64,000 nt of DNA from a virus. The stretch's first letter is position 1. Every line of letters starts with the position of its first letter. The position numbers were made by a program, and so were the translations under genes. Positions 1-11,400 of this stretch are shown one piece after another. The DNA is taken from IMG/VR virus record IMGVR_UViG_3300008459_000024, positions 14,305-78,304 of that record. The stretch is one strand, 5' to 3'. Below the pieces are notes generated by a model. It was given only the letters and a program-made list of their open reading frames with translations, was not told the origin of the DNA and made no database searches.

Positions 1-963
1 ATTAACCGATAATGATTTTTGACAAAGAGCAACATCAGTCACAGTTAGGGTATAACTACCTGAAGATAGATTATTAAAAGTTACAACAGTGTCATAACTA
101 ACTTGAGAATCACCATTACTTAAAAGATAATAGTAAGGACCTGTGCCACCTGTGATACTATACGTTAAAGAACCTGTAGCTCCCGAACATGATGGTGGAG
201 TCTGATTTGTATTAATTATTGATATAGGCAATGCATCTACAATAGTTGCACTTTTTGTTACGGAACACCCATACGAATCTGTGACAGTACAAGAATAATT
301 GTTAGAGGTTAAACCTGTAATAAAATTATTTGTAGTATCACCTGTTATGAATCCTGACCACTGATATGTAAATGGAGACGAACCAGTTAAACCTGTGATA
401 TAAATTTTACCATTCGTTAAAGAACATGACGGGTTATTAATGACATAAAATCCGTAGTCTAATGTTGGCGAATCGTAAATTATTGTGTTTTCAGAAGTTC
501 CAATACATCCTCCGTAATTATTGCAAACAGCATAATAAACCCCCTCACCTAAATTACTAAAGGTATATGAGTCACCAACTGTTGTGACTGCAGAGATTTG
601 TAAACCATCCTTATATAAAGTTAACGTATTTGTACCGTAGTTTGTTGGTGTTGTCGCAACTAATGAACCATTTGAATTGCCACATGTGGTATTGAAAACA
701 CTACCAAGACTTACAGTTGATGAAGATGTTATGTAAAAATTTATTAACTGATTAACGTTATTGGTATCAGTAACAAAAAATGAATAACTTCCTGCGGACA
801 ATGATGTAATTGAGTAGTTGTTACTTGTAGATGCTGACGCATAAGATGACGGTACTGACCAAGTAATGTAAAATGGAGACGCTCCTGATAATGCAATTGA
901 CATTGCACCCGAATTTGTACTCTGACAATCTCCTGTTAATGATATGTTATATTCTAAAGGCAT
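1..963 (-). CDS. SprB-repeat/Ig-like repeat virion protein (partial, runs off window start; not in ORF track)
   Basis: Open frame from ATG at 963 to base 1 (MPLEYNISLTGDC...). Contains repeats such as PSC..GKIYITGLTGSSPFTYQW...GLTSNNYSCTVTDSYGC and TGGTGPYYY...LSSGSYTLTVTD..C, typical of SprB repeats. Confidence 0.8.
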   Translation of the reverse strand, partial: MPLEYNISLTGDCQSTNSGAMSIALSGASPFYITWSVPSSYASASTSNNYSITSLSAGSYSFFVTDTNNVNQLINFYITSSSTVSLGSVFNTTCGNSNGSLVATTPTNYGTNTLTLYKDGLQISAVTTVGDSYTFSNLGEGVYYAVCNNYGGCIGTSENTIIYDSPTLDYGFYVINNPSCSLTNGKIYITGLTGSSPFTYQWSGFITGDTTNNFITGLTSNNYSCTVTDSYGCSVTKSATIVDALPISIINTNQTPPSCSGATGSLTYSITGGTGPYYYLLSNGDSQVSYDTVVTFNNLSSGSYTLTVTDVALCQKSLSVN

Positions 964-965
964 AA

Positions 966-3935
966 TTATGATAAGATGGCGGCAAATGAATATGTTAATG
1001 CGAAGTTACTATAAGGTAAAGTTCCAGGTATAGGTTCGAATTCCGGGTTAATCACAGTTGTAACAATATTACCATTAGAGTCTAAATTAAATTCAAATCC
1101 AGTTTCAGTTATAGATTGCGGATATGTAATTGCGTTAGTCTCTTCATTAGTAACAACTATTTGGCTCACATTACCTTGGATTATGAAATTATTCACAAAG
1201 TTCTCCCACTCTGTCTGAGTAAACTGTTCACCACAATTGTATGTTTCACTATTATTTGACGAAATCTGTATTCTATGTATTTGTCCATTATACAAATATT
1301 TAGTCTTATAATTAATCGCATATACCCAACTTGTTTGTGTTCCCGTACAATTAACAATTGGAACACTTGGGTAAGTAATTGCGGAAGTAAACTCAGGTGC
1401 CGGAGGTTCAATTGGTCCTGTTACCACTGAAGAAGGAGTACTAATAGTTGAAACTTGACATCCTCTTTGTCTTCGGTAAACAAACTTTTGTCTATGAAAT
1501 ACAGAATTCTCAAACTTAGTACCCGTATTCCATATAGTTGTCGCAGGTACAAATTGTTCAACAAGTCTAATCCAAAAATCACCAATACCATTAATATAAC
1601 TAATCATATTTTGGTAATTAAAGTTATTATTAGTTAAACCTGTATCTTGATTCATTGTTAAATACTTGAAAAATATTGACTGTAAAGTTGGGTATCCACT
1701 TGTTTTACCGTCAGATGAATATTGTCTATTTCTAACATTAATCATCTCACTCCAAAATGTATTATAGAATTTAAAGAAACTCTCATTCTGAGGTTTAGGA
1801 TTAATGAATGTAGAGTCCACCCCACCTACTTGCGGGTAAGGACTTGATAATCCAGTAATTGGAATTGGATAGTTTTTTGTTCGTGAAACATACCAAACAT
1901 CATAAGCCAAAGCTTGAGCCGGATTTAAAAATAAATCAACATTTTTTACATTTATAGTTAACCTATCATCACTTTGGTAATAAACCGCATCAAAGATATT
2001 ATCTGTTCCGATTCGATTACCTGTCTCACTATCCGTCCAACTCTTTTTATTGTCAACTTGTTTTTTAATTGAGAACCCTAAATCCATATATGGGAATTCT
2101 CTAAATCTATCTAAATATTTTTGTCCATAAGTGAATCCTTCTAAAGTAGTTTGAACCGAAGTATTTGGACCTGTAAATGTACTATTGTTAACATCAATTA
2201 CCTGAGGACTTCTATGACTTGGTGTTGATTCAAACCATCCTTCCCCTTTTTGGAAAAAGAAATTGTCATTAAAATTAGGATTGGTCGGGTATCCATTTGT
2301 GTCGATTGGATAGTCTCCGGCAGTTGTATCAACACTAATTACTTGTGTTGACGATGTGTAAGCCGTGTATTGTATACCTCTAATTAAAAATAAATTATTA
2401 GGGTCAGATACTGGTGTTGTGGGAATATATGTCCCACCTTCAATCTGTGTAAAGTTTTGATTGAATTGTTCAACATCAATTTTACCGTCAACAAGGTAAA
2501 CATTCTCATTAAATTCTAATAATGCGTCAGGTACACCTATGTTTTCCATTAAAAACTCAATGCTCTTTCTCGTACCTTTTGATTTAAAAAGGTATGCCGA
2601 GTTTAATATTAAGTTTCTATAATACTGGTTATTTAAATCGGTAATTGTTTGTGGTGTCGAGTACGCAGGAAATGCGTTTTCAGTCGTACCATAAACAGAG
2701 TTTAAAAATCCAACATTCGTAATAGGAGATATATTGGTTCCCCACCCTAAGGTCTGAGCTAAATTAACTACCAAATTCGAAGGAATGTCGTTACCAATAT
2801 TATAATTTACTGAATTAGCGTATTGGATAGCGTCAATATACTTTTTATTCTCATCAAAACTTCTACCATAAATTTTGAGAACTTTATCAACTTTAAGGTC
2901 AGGAGTATCGAATTCTTGGAAGGAATCTGTAACATAGAATCTTGAAACCAAGTTTGTTTTAAACACATCAAAATTACTACCAATCTCATTTAAATTATTT
3001 AAATAGAATGTAAATGAGGATGTACGAATATCTATATTCCATTGACCATCCATCGGCCAAGTTAAATTTTGAAAACTAATAAATTGTGTTCCATCGTCAC
3101 CTTCAGTCGGTACTTGGAATTTTGCGGTATACTTTGGGTATGAATATCTATTTAATAGAATCTCTTCAACTTCGTCAAGTTCAAGATTAAACACCTCATT
3201 AACAACAGTATCATTAAGTCTGATAACATAATCATCACTACTTGTAGATGCCCCCGAAAAAGGGTTCCCAATTACTGATATAGTTAATGTTCCTGCACTA
3301 ACTGAAGACGAAGGGGTTAATAAACTAAGTTCATATTTATTATTATTAATATCAAGTATGTAACTTCTAAATGTCTTTTTTAAATTACGGTATTTTGAAA
3401 CTGAATAATCTAAACTACCTAAGTTAATGTCCGCATTTTGTGAGAAATCAATTCCAAATGGATTTCTAATAATCTCAATCGGAACCGTAAAACTTGTAAT
3501 ATTCTCGTTCTGAGTATAAGTAATCCCCGTTGCCGTTGACCCGCTTGTAAAGTTTTGACGATACTTGGAAATCTCTAGCCCAGCAGGAAAAAAGTTAATT
3601 ATATTTGTAACCGCAGCTTCAAATCTCTTAACCAATGAACCATAATTAACAAAGTTTAAAACATTTGTTTGGTCAAAGTTTGGATAAATTCTGAAGTTTT
3701 TATCAAAGATATTTTGAGATTGAGCCTCTGAGGTAACTGATAACGAACTTAACGTAATCGGTTCTGAGAATACACCCGTATCAAAATCTCTGTTTGACTT
3801 TTGAACAACCGATGTGGTAAATGCGAAGTTACCTTGCGTAAGTCCTCCACCATCGGTAATCTGTAAACCGACTAAATTGTCAGAGAATGTACCTGAACCT
3901 GAATCTGTTTGTGGTGGACATGTGTACTTCGCCAT
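966..3935 (-). CDS. baseplate wedge/tail protein with P2 gpI-like core
   Basis: 989 aa. NLAQTLGW...AYLFKSKGTRKSIEFL resembles the gpI-type KGT motif; lies in the baseplate gene block. Confidence 0.6.
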   Translation of the reverse strand: MAKYTCPPQTDSGSGTFSDNLVGLQITDGGGLTQGNFAFTTSVVQKSNRDFDTGVFSEPITLSSLSVTSEAQSQNIFDKNFRIYPNFDQTNVLNFVNYGSLVKRFEAAVTNIINFFPAGLEISKYRQNFTSGSTATGITYTQNENITSFTVPIEIIRNPFGIDFSQNADINLGSLDYSVSKYRNLKKTFRSYILDINNNKYELSLLTPSSSVSAGTLTISVIGNPFSGASTSSDDYVIRLNDTVVNEVFNLELDEVEEILLNRYSYPKYTAKFQVPTEGDDGTQFISFQNLTWPMDGQWNIDIRTSSFTFYLNNLNEIGSNFDVFKTNLVSRFYVTDSFQEFDTPDLKVDKVLKIYGRSFDENKKYIDAIQYANSVNYNIGNDIPSNLVVNLAQTLGWGTNISPITNVGFLNSVYGTTENAFPAYSTPQTITDLNNQYYRNLILNSAYLFKSKGTRKSIEFLMENIGVPDALLEFNENVYLVDGKIDVEQFNQNFTQIEGGTYIPTTPVSDPNNLFLIRGIQYTAYTSSTQVISVDTTAGDYPIDTNGYPTNPNFNDNFFFQKGEGWFESTPSHRSPQVIDVNNSTFTGPNTSVQTTLEGFTYGQKYLDRFREFPYMDLGFSIKKQVDNKKSWTDSETGNRIGTDNIFDAVYYQSDDRLTINVKNVDLFLNPAQALAYDVWYVSRTKNYPIPITGLSSPYPQVGGVDSTFINPKPQNESFFKFYNTFWSEMINVRNRQYSSDGKTSGYPTLQSIFFKYLTMNQDTGLTNNNFNYQNMISYINGIGDFWIRLVEQFVPATTIWNTGTKFENSVFHRQKFVYRRQRGCQVSTISTPSSVVTGPIEPPAPEFTSAITYPSVPIVNCTGTQTSWVYAINYKTKYLYNGQIHRIQISSNNSETYNCGEQFTQTEWENFVNNFIIQGNVSQIVVTNEETNAITYPQSITETGFEFNLDSNGNIVTTVINPEFEPIPGTLPYSNFALTYSFAAILS

Positions 3936-4837
3936 TACGCAATTATGTTGTCAAAATTTTTACTAAAATCAATGTTATTACCTCTATCCTGTCTAACCTC
4001 ATATAACAACTCGTTAAATTGGTCACGGATTTCATACAAGTTGTACTGTTTGTAAATGTTATTACTTGAGTCATAAATTGTATAAACACCATCCTCAATC
4101 GATTTAGTTTGATTACCATAAAGAGCAATTGCCAATGTTGAGATGTCTTGGTCAACGACCTCAACTTCAACGACTGTCGGATTAAAGAATGTATTTGTAA
4201 TCACAATGTCTTGTCCTGCAACTCCGATATTTGGTGTTGCGTTAGGTCTATTAGTAGGTGATGATGATGGTGATAAAGTACAAAACATTAAGTTAGTTAC
4301 TGTATCCGTGTAAATGTATCTTGTTGATTTTAAAATAGTATTTGTAACGTTTTGAGTTACCGGTTCACAAAAAAAGTTTGATGTTATAATTCTAAAGAAG
4401 TTTGGTATTTTAGACCCGTCAGGATTTAAATACTCAACTCTAAATCCTACTAATCTTTGACTAACAAACTTGTTTCTAAACTCAGTAGGTACGTTATTCA
4501 AATCAATAATAATGCCCTTCACATTTGGTAATGAACTTAATACACCACAATCGGTAATTGATGTTCTAATCTGTGCGGGTCGAATCATTAATGTGTAGAT
4601 ACCTAAAGCATTAAATTCTTCTGAAGGTAAATTCAAATTATATAACCCACCTAAAATCTCATTAGCATTACCACCAGTTGACCCATTGTTAAAGTATGGT
4701 GTGATGTTTGAACTGTCTAATTTTTTTAACACGAAATTACTAGTTACATCCCTTGATGGGGTGTAGTTCATTATAATCTCAATATCATCAGGACTAACAT
4801 CTGATGGTCTTATCGTTCCAAAATTACCCGTTGCCAT
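3935..4837 (-). CDS. hypothetical virion structural protein
   Basis: 300 aa, coupled to the neighbouring gene, preceded by the TATTTAT motif. Confidence 0.55.
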   Translation of the reverse strand: MATGNFGTIRPSDVSPDDIEIIMNYTPSRDVTSNFVLKKLDSSNITPYFNNGSTGGNANEILGGLYNLNLPSEEFNALGIYTLMIRPAQIRTSITDCGVLSSLPNVKGIIIDLNNVPTEFRNKFVSQRLVGFRVEYLNPDGSKIPNFFRIITSNFFCEPVTQNVTNTILKSTRYIYTDTVTNLMFCTLSPSSSPTNRPNATPNIGVAGQDIVITNTFFNPTVVEVEVVDQDISTLAIALYGNQTKSIEDGVYTIYDSSNNIYKQYNLYEIRDQFNELLYEVRQDRGNNIDFSKNFDNIIA

Positions 4838-4874
4838 TTTTTTCTATTATTTAATAAATAGTTTATCCTCAATT

Positions 4875-5945
4875 TTAAAACTGAGTTTTAATCACATTAA
4901 AGAATTTATATCCATATTCTTCAAGTGAACTAAGAGTCCTAACTTCCCCTATCCGTCTAAAGTTTTCCAAAGCACTATTCTTACCCCTTTCAACAAAAAC
5001 ATTAGATAACAATTGAGCTTGGTCTATAATATTTAAGTAAACCTCATTCTTCACTATCGGTTCGTGTTCAACAAAAGTTTCAGTCAAACCAGATGAATAA
5101 TATCTAAATATAGATGTACCGTTACTATAGTCTACATATTCCAAATCATTTATTGTGTATGCAGTATATGTGGTAGTGTTTTCAGTCATAACACCCGTTC
5201 CTCCCCCATCAATAGGAACTGAAGTCCCTAACGGAGGAAACCCTCCATAAGTTTTAATATCCCCTATTTTTGATTTAGTATATCCAGTTATAAGATATGG
5301 TAATGCAACCACCTGAACCTCAGAATCTGTTGTTGTATCTGCTGACGTATAAAAATTCATCTCAGTCGGTATTGTTGACCAAGAATTCTCAAAATTCTGA
5401 AACGTAACTGTCCCGTATGGATTATCTACCGAAGTAACTCCGTATGGTACCGTTATGTCTTTAGTCACAATGATTTGCCCAAAGGATGTTATATGAATCA
5501 ATTTGATTTCATAAGTTCCATTATCAGAATATGTGTGGTCGAAATAAGGGTTAACACTATCAATAAATTCAATCGCCGAACCATCACCCCAAGATATTTG
5601 AAAAAGTGATGTTGACAAATAATTAACGTTGGAATTCTTGGACGTATTATAAACTATAATAGAATTTAAGTCGGAGTCGTAAGGGTTTTTAATAAAAATA
5701 AAGTTTTCAGACACGTTAATCTGAGCAATGTTTCCATCAAAAACAGAATAATATCCAACGTCTTGATATTCTTGTTTTAATAAAACAGGAATTGTTAAAT
5801 TCGTCAATAAAGATGAGCCGTTTGTTCCTCCCGATAATATATACGTCAACCCCGAATAAACTCCAAAAGTATTACTATTATATGTCTCTTGTATTATATC
5901 CGAATTTAAAAAACCCGGCGATATTTGTATTTTAAAAGTTTCCAT
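4875..5945 (-). CDS. PKD/Ig-like domain structural protein
   Basis: 356 aa. ISWGDGS...HTYSDNGTYEIKL is a PKD signature. Confidence 0.65.
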   Translation of the reverse strand: METFKIQISPGFLNSDIIQETYNSNTFGVYSGLTYILSGGTNGSSLLTNLTIPVLLKQEYQDVGYYSVFDGNIAQINVSENFIFIKNPYDSDLNSIIVYNTSKNSNVNYLSTSLFQISWGDGSAIEFIDSVNPYFDHTYSDNGTYEIKLIHITSFGQIIVTKDITVPYGVTSVDNPYGTVTFQNFENSWSTIPTEMNFYTSADTTTDSEVQVVALPYLITGYTKSKIGDIKTYGGFPPLGTSVPIDGGGTGVMTENTTTYTAYTINDLEYVDYSNGTSIFRYYSSGLTETFVEHEPIVKNEVYLNIIDQAQLLSNVFVERGKNSALENFRRIGEVRTLSSLEEYGYKFFNVIKTQF

Positions 5946-6727
5946 TATTGAGTTGGTGGGTTAACATATTCATACCATTTAATATGGTTATAATCCTTGG
6001 GTCCATTAGCCGGGAAATTGTATTCGTAAGTATTAAAATCAAAAATAACCTTTTGATAAAATGAATCGTTACTTACAGAATATGGGTTACCCGCATTAAA
6101 ATTTTGAGGAACACCTTTAATAAATGTAGTGAACTGACCTGTCTTACCATTAAAGAATTTAGCTGTCATATACATCGCACTTAAAGACAAAATATTGTAA
6201 TCTTTAAACCAGTGTATAAAATATCCCTCACTACTTTTATTATAATCCAAATTAAAATATGGTTTATAAGTATCAAAGTCAGAACCATTACTTACTAAAA
6301 CCTCAGTAGTATTAGGATTAGATAATATTAATGTAAAATAACTTTTATTCTTTTTCCTATCGGTTGTGTCGTAAAAGTCTAACTTGAAAAACGACTTGTC
6401 AAAACTTTTTGAGTTGTAGTAAACTTCGTCAAAAGTAAACAATCCAGAATTAACATAACTATTATAAAACGACAAATCACTACCATTATAAAAATTAAAC
6501 TCATGTATTACTGATGTATTAATTTGTTGATTTAAAGTGATAGGTTTTTTAGTAAATCTTGCAAGTTCATAATCGACAGGTATACCTAATACTTGCTTAA
6601 TCACATCATCCTGAAATGCGTCAATAGTATCCCCTCTATCTGAAAAATCCCAGTTAATTGATAGTGGTACAACAACTTGTCGGTCACTAACTTTTCTTAA
6701 TATTTTAATTTTATTCGCAATCATCAA
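5945..6727 (-). CDS. hypothetical protein (structural block)
   Basis: About 260 aa, overlaps its neighbours; start uncertain (ATG at 6724). Confidence 0.55.
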   Translation of the reverse strand: MMIANKIKILRKVSDRQVVVPLSINWDFSDRGDTIDAFQDDVIKQVLGIPVDYELARFTKKPITLNQQINTSVIHEFNFYNGSDLSFYNSYVNSGLFTFDEVYYNSKSFDKSFFKLDFYDTTDRKKNKSYFTLILSNPNTTEVLVSNGSDFDTYKPYFNLDYNKSSEGYFIHWFKDYNILSLSAMYMTAKFFNGKTGQFTTFIKGVPQNFNAGNPYSVSNDSFYQKVIFDFNTYEYNFPANGPKDYNHIKWYEYVNPPTQ

Positions 6728-8474
6728 TTAATGGGTCAGGTATGCTTGGAGCTGATATAATATTTGTACCTTCAGGTATAATTCTAAAAATAAAATTATT
6801 ATACGGATAATGTTTATTGTTCATAAATGGATAATCCACACCATTTCCGTTTTCGTCTATGAATCCAAACGGATAAATGTCCCTCCAAATAAACTCTTGA
6901 GTCGCGTTTTTATAGTACGCATAATTAGGTAAATTAGCAATAACCGCACCGTCACTCTCCTCAATGTATGGTGAATACACTTTAATCTGAAACTTATAAT
7001 GAGGCTTATAGTAGTACCCTAATGGATTATTAACTGGTCCTCCGATTGAGAAGTTATCGGAATTAAAACTGAATTTATGATAGTATTCAGAAACAACTCT
7101 TTCCTCTTGGGTGAAATCATTAAACTCACAAAAATCTCCGTGAATTATATCATCAAGATTATACTCATTATTATAATAGAATGTTCTCCCTTGATAAGAG
7201 TTTGTAAAAGGCGTTGTTGTAACATTTGTTAAATTAGTAGGATTGATATTCTCCCACCAAATACTGTTTTGAGTTTCAACATTAAAAGACCACCCATGTT
7301 TTAGTCCAACATTTAAAGGTCCTCCAGTAGGTTTATTAAACCAACCAAATCGTCCTCGATTAACTACTGTAAAATATAATTCAGTTACAGGTCGGTTTAA
7401 ATTATCATACAAACCATTGATATCAACGTTGTTTGTAAATGATAAATTATATGAGTCACTTCCCTCTTTAACCGCAACTCTTGAAACAAAATTTGGAGAT
7501 AACTGTGGAGAAATGAATTTTTTAACCGTCCTAAACGCATTATTCTCAAATCCAGAATAGGTTAAAATAGCATTAGATGGGGTATCAATTATTTTATGTA
7601 ATCTAACATAATACCTTGAAGTTGACTCATTCGCAAAATCTCGATTGGTCACTCTTTTAATTAACCCCACCAACCCATCACCAAAATCAGTAAATCCGAT
7701 GTCGTAAACATTAAACACATACTTTTCAGAATCTTGTGTTCCGTCACCAAAACTATACACATCAAAAAGGTCGATAGAGTTTGATGTAACTGAAGTCCTA
7801 ACACTTTCACCAGGTTTCAATCCGTGAGGCACAGGACATCTAAATTGCCAAACATTTTTACCTCTATAATTAGCCCTTACCATAGTGAATGGTATTCCAT
7901 CACCTGATAAAAAATAAAAGGAACTACCAAGACTCGATTCATATAACATACCTTGACTTGTAGAACTACTAAAAGCATAAGATGTATAAAAAGACCAATT
8001 GAGTTTAGCAGCGTCTTTTGCTAATGGGACATAGTGTGGAGGGTACTGAGTACTATTTAAAGTATATCCTGTAACATCGTAGTCAGTACGAATAAAATCA
8101 AACTCGTTATATTGAGGTAACCCTCCCCACGCAATTTCAGTACCATTAGATTGTATCTGTAGTTGTTTATAATAATTCTCATTAATATAATACAGATTAT
8201 TATTAAATGGTTGGTATGGAGATGCATTAGTCGGAGTTGTCCCTGAATAAGCATTCTCAAAGATGATACTAAACTTAGCCGTCGGATATATATACGTAGA
8301 CCTTTGTCTTTCAGCATCATATAAATCAGCCAAATCAACATTAATATTCCTATCAAACTCTTCAAGTTCTTTAACCGTATTGTTTAACGGTATCTGAAGT
8401 CCAATGTTTTGTTCAGGAGACCCTTTGTATCTTTCCGAACCTTTTAAAAACGATATTTTACCTAAATCACTCAA
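6711..8474 (-). CDS. hypothetical virion/baseplate protein
   Basis: 587 aa, beta-rich and aromatic composition, coupled to neighbours. Confidence 0.55.
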   Translation of the reverse strand: MSDLGKISFLKGSERYKGSPEQNIGLQIPLNNTVKELEEFDRNINVDLADLYDAERQRSTYIYPTAKFSIIFENAYSGTTPTNASPYQPFNNNLYYINENYYKQLQIQSNGTEIAWGGLPQYNEFDFIRTDYDVTGYTLNSTQYPPHYVPLAKDAAKLNWSFYTSYAFSSSTSQGMLYESSLGSSFYFLSGDGIPFTMVRANYRGKNVWQFRCPVPHGLKPGESVRTSVTSNSIDLFDVYSFGDGTQDSEKYVFNVYDIGFTDFGDGLVGLIKRVTNRDFANESTSRYYVRLHKIIDTPSNAILTYSGFENNAFRTVKKFISPQLSPNFVSRVAVKEGSDSYNLSFTNNVDINGLYDNLNRPVTELYFTVVNRGRFGWFNKPTGGPLNVGLKHGWSFNVETQNSIWWENINPTNLTNVTTTPFTNSYQGRTFYYNNEYNLDDIIHGDFCEFNDFTQEERVVSEYYHKFSFNSDNFSIGGPVNNPLGYYYKPHYKFQIKVYSPYIEESDGAVIANLPNYAYYKNATQEFIWRDIYPFGFIDENGNGVDYPFMNNKHYPYNNFIFRIIPEGTNIISAPSIPDPLIDDCE

Positions 8475-11400
8475 TTGTTATATTTGTATCAACGTATTTT
8501 ATGAAAAACTTATCTAACGCACTTGCACCTTTCTTTAATCCAAAATAGAAATGATATGGCGAATTTGATAACACTGTTTGACTATAATTATTTGCCGGCT
8601 TAACTTCAGTTGGGTTACCTGCAGAATCATAGTTAATTATGTACCCTTTGTAATAGAAACTATTGTTTCCATCAACTTGAACATATCTTGACGATGGGTT
8701 TATTCTGTCCAATTCTTGGTATTTAAAACTAAAAAATCTACTTGAAAAATCTCCACTACTGTCAGGATATGTGGTCGCATAATTGTTAGATTGTGTACCA
8801 AAAATTGTGTCAGGGTCGGTGCCATTTAATCCTGTGAAATGCCACAAATAATAAGGAACTTCCTGACTTTTTACCGGAATATTTGTGAAATCATACTGTG
8901 ATGGTGGTATTGGAGTGTTTTCGTTCCATATTGTTCGTCTTGGTGTGATGTAATCTCTATCCTGATTATTACCCTTCATAAATAATCCAAAATAAGGAAA
9001 CTCGTTAGCATTTGAGAAATACAATGATGATGCGTTATATGATTCAGGTGAGAACTCTTGTATACCAAATTCAGAATTGATAGCTATCATCTGAGAATAA
9101 TCTCCATCAACAAACCCAGGAATCAATGTCACACCATCTTCTCTCCATCTCGTATTTGAGAATAACGCTTTAATGGTCGGGTCCGACTGCCCCTCGTTAG
9201 GGTCATCAGATATTGGTATTAATTGTTGCAAGAATGATGTATTAATTAAACGACTCAATATAAAGATGTTTAATATGTCATTTATTTCTTGGTATGAAGT
9301 CGCCTTTAATTTTGCAACAATATAACCATCGTAATCGTCGGAATACACCAATTCTTGTAGGAACGAGTCTCTTGGGCCTAAATCTAAGATTGTAGTTGGA
9401 GCACCTAAATATTTTTTATTACCAACACCATCTTCACCAAAAGAATTGGTTTTACCAATAAAGTACCCATCATTAATATTAGTCAATGACGTTGTTGAGA
9501 ATGGACTACTTCTATAGTAAAAGTTGTTAGATGGATGTAAAATAACTAAGTCTTTACAGTATAAACTATAAGGTTCATTATTCGAATCAAAAACTCTAAC
9601 ATTTCTAAATGGATAAGTATATAATGTACCATTCACATATTGATTATTAAATGTGTGGGAAATGATTTCAAAACAAGCTGCCAAATTCATCTTTAATCTA
9701 GTAATCCATTCAACAACTGATTTAATATCTTTAGGTATTGTCTTAAATGGTTTTGAAACGAGATTATAACATCCATTACCCTTTAAGAAATATTTTTCTT
9801 TACCTGAAGGGTCCATTAATTGGTCACAATTAGGTTTGATAATTGGTTGCCCGTCAGCATCTACATCATAACACTCAAGTGGAACTGCCTTAGAACAATC
9901 ACTTAATGATTCAATAACAGGATTACTACCAAAGAAATATTGAGTGGATTCGTTATTGGTTGTCGGAGTATTTGTTACATTAATTAACGCTTGTTGTGCT
10001 CCCGCATCTGATATTTTGAATATTGCAAATGTACTGTTTTGATGGAGGAAGTAATAATTTTTACCTTCATTACTCTGAACATTGGTTGATGTTGGTAGTC
10101 GGTCTGACCTGAATACTTGTCTTTGTGACGTTAATTGCCATGGGTCAAACGTAAAAGTTGGTGACCCAATTCTTTTAAGGTACGATGTAGAAATATAAGC
10201 AGGTGAACCGTATTTACCATTTTCATATGGAGTATCTCGGTTATAGAAATCATGTGCTCCGTCTTCATCCCCACCATTCATTAATCTCATAGACATTATC
10301 GATGCTCCCGCAACATTCTCACCACCATAATATCCTGTAATATTTCTACCACCATTATCAGGACATGTGTTAGGATACATGTTATAAAAACATTTAGCAC
10401 CTATCGCATCCCCACAATTTAAAGCGTGATATCCACTAGGATAATAGGGTAATGCAAAATATCGAGTGAATGCATTCACATAATTATTCAATGGGTTGGT
10501 GATTGAATTACTACAAATATCACTACTATCAATATATAATTCACCAGCAATTGTCTGAGTATATACATTTGAGGTTCCTCCATCATCGAAAACAGTATTA
10601 GTACCGGGCAAATATGTCACATTAATCCCACCATCATCAATGTCAGAATAATAAGCCGGAAGTAAGGTTTCCCCGTCATTATCAAATTGATTATAATTAA
10701 AACTATAACTTTGGAAAAACACATTTTTATCTAAAACGTTTGTATTAGTATTAACCAAGTGCGATGCGGGTCTCATAGAGTCATTAGTGGACTGTATAGG
10801 TATATTCATTTTAAAATTACCACTGACAACATAATTAGAATTCCACTGATAATCATCAACACCAAATATTCTACTTAAATCTATTTGCTGAGGTATTCTT
10901 GGGGAATTTGGGTCAACTCCTCTCATTAGAATAACAATACCATAATCGTCATAATTTTTGATTGCACTACCCTCAATATTATTCTCATCAAATAGAGGAC
11001 TTTCTCCGGCGTATTTAACCGCACTTCCCTGGTACCCATACCAACAAGAGTAACATGGATACTCACTTTCACCTAAATCAAGTCTGTAATATCTCAGGTT
11101 TCTATATCCGATATCAATACCATTTAGTCTTTGTAAGTATCTAACACCATATGAGAACTCATTCGCATCTGCAGGTGCAATAGATGCAAAGTCACCAATT
11201 GTCATACCTGTAATTACTTGGAAATACTCTACGTCAGCAGGAAATGGATTATCCACATTTGTAGTATTACCACTAGTATATTCAATAGGTATCGTATAGG
11301 TAGTTGATAGTGTGGTCGCGCCAAAGTCGTCAGGATTTGAGTAGTTGACAGTTATTTGAGATGGTGTGGTTATGTCACCAGTTTTAACACCAAAATTAAT

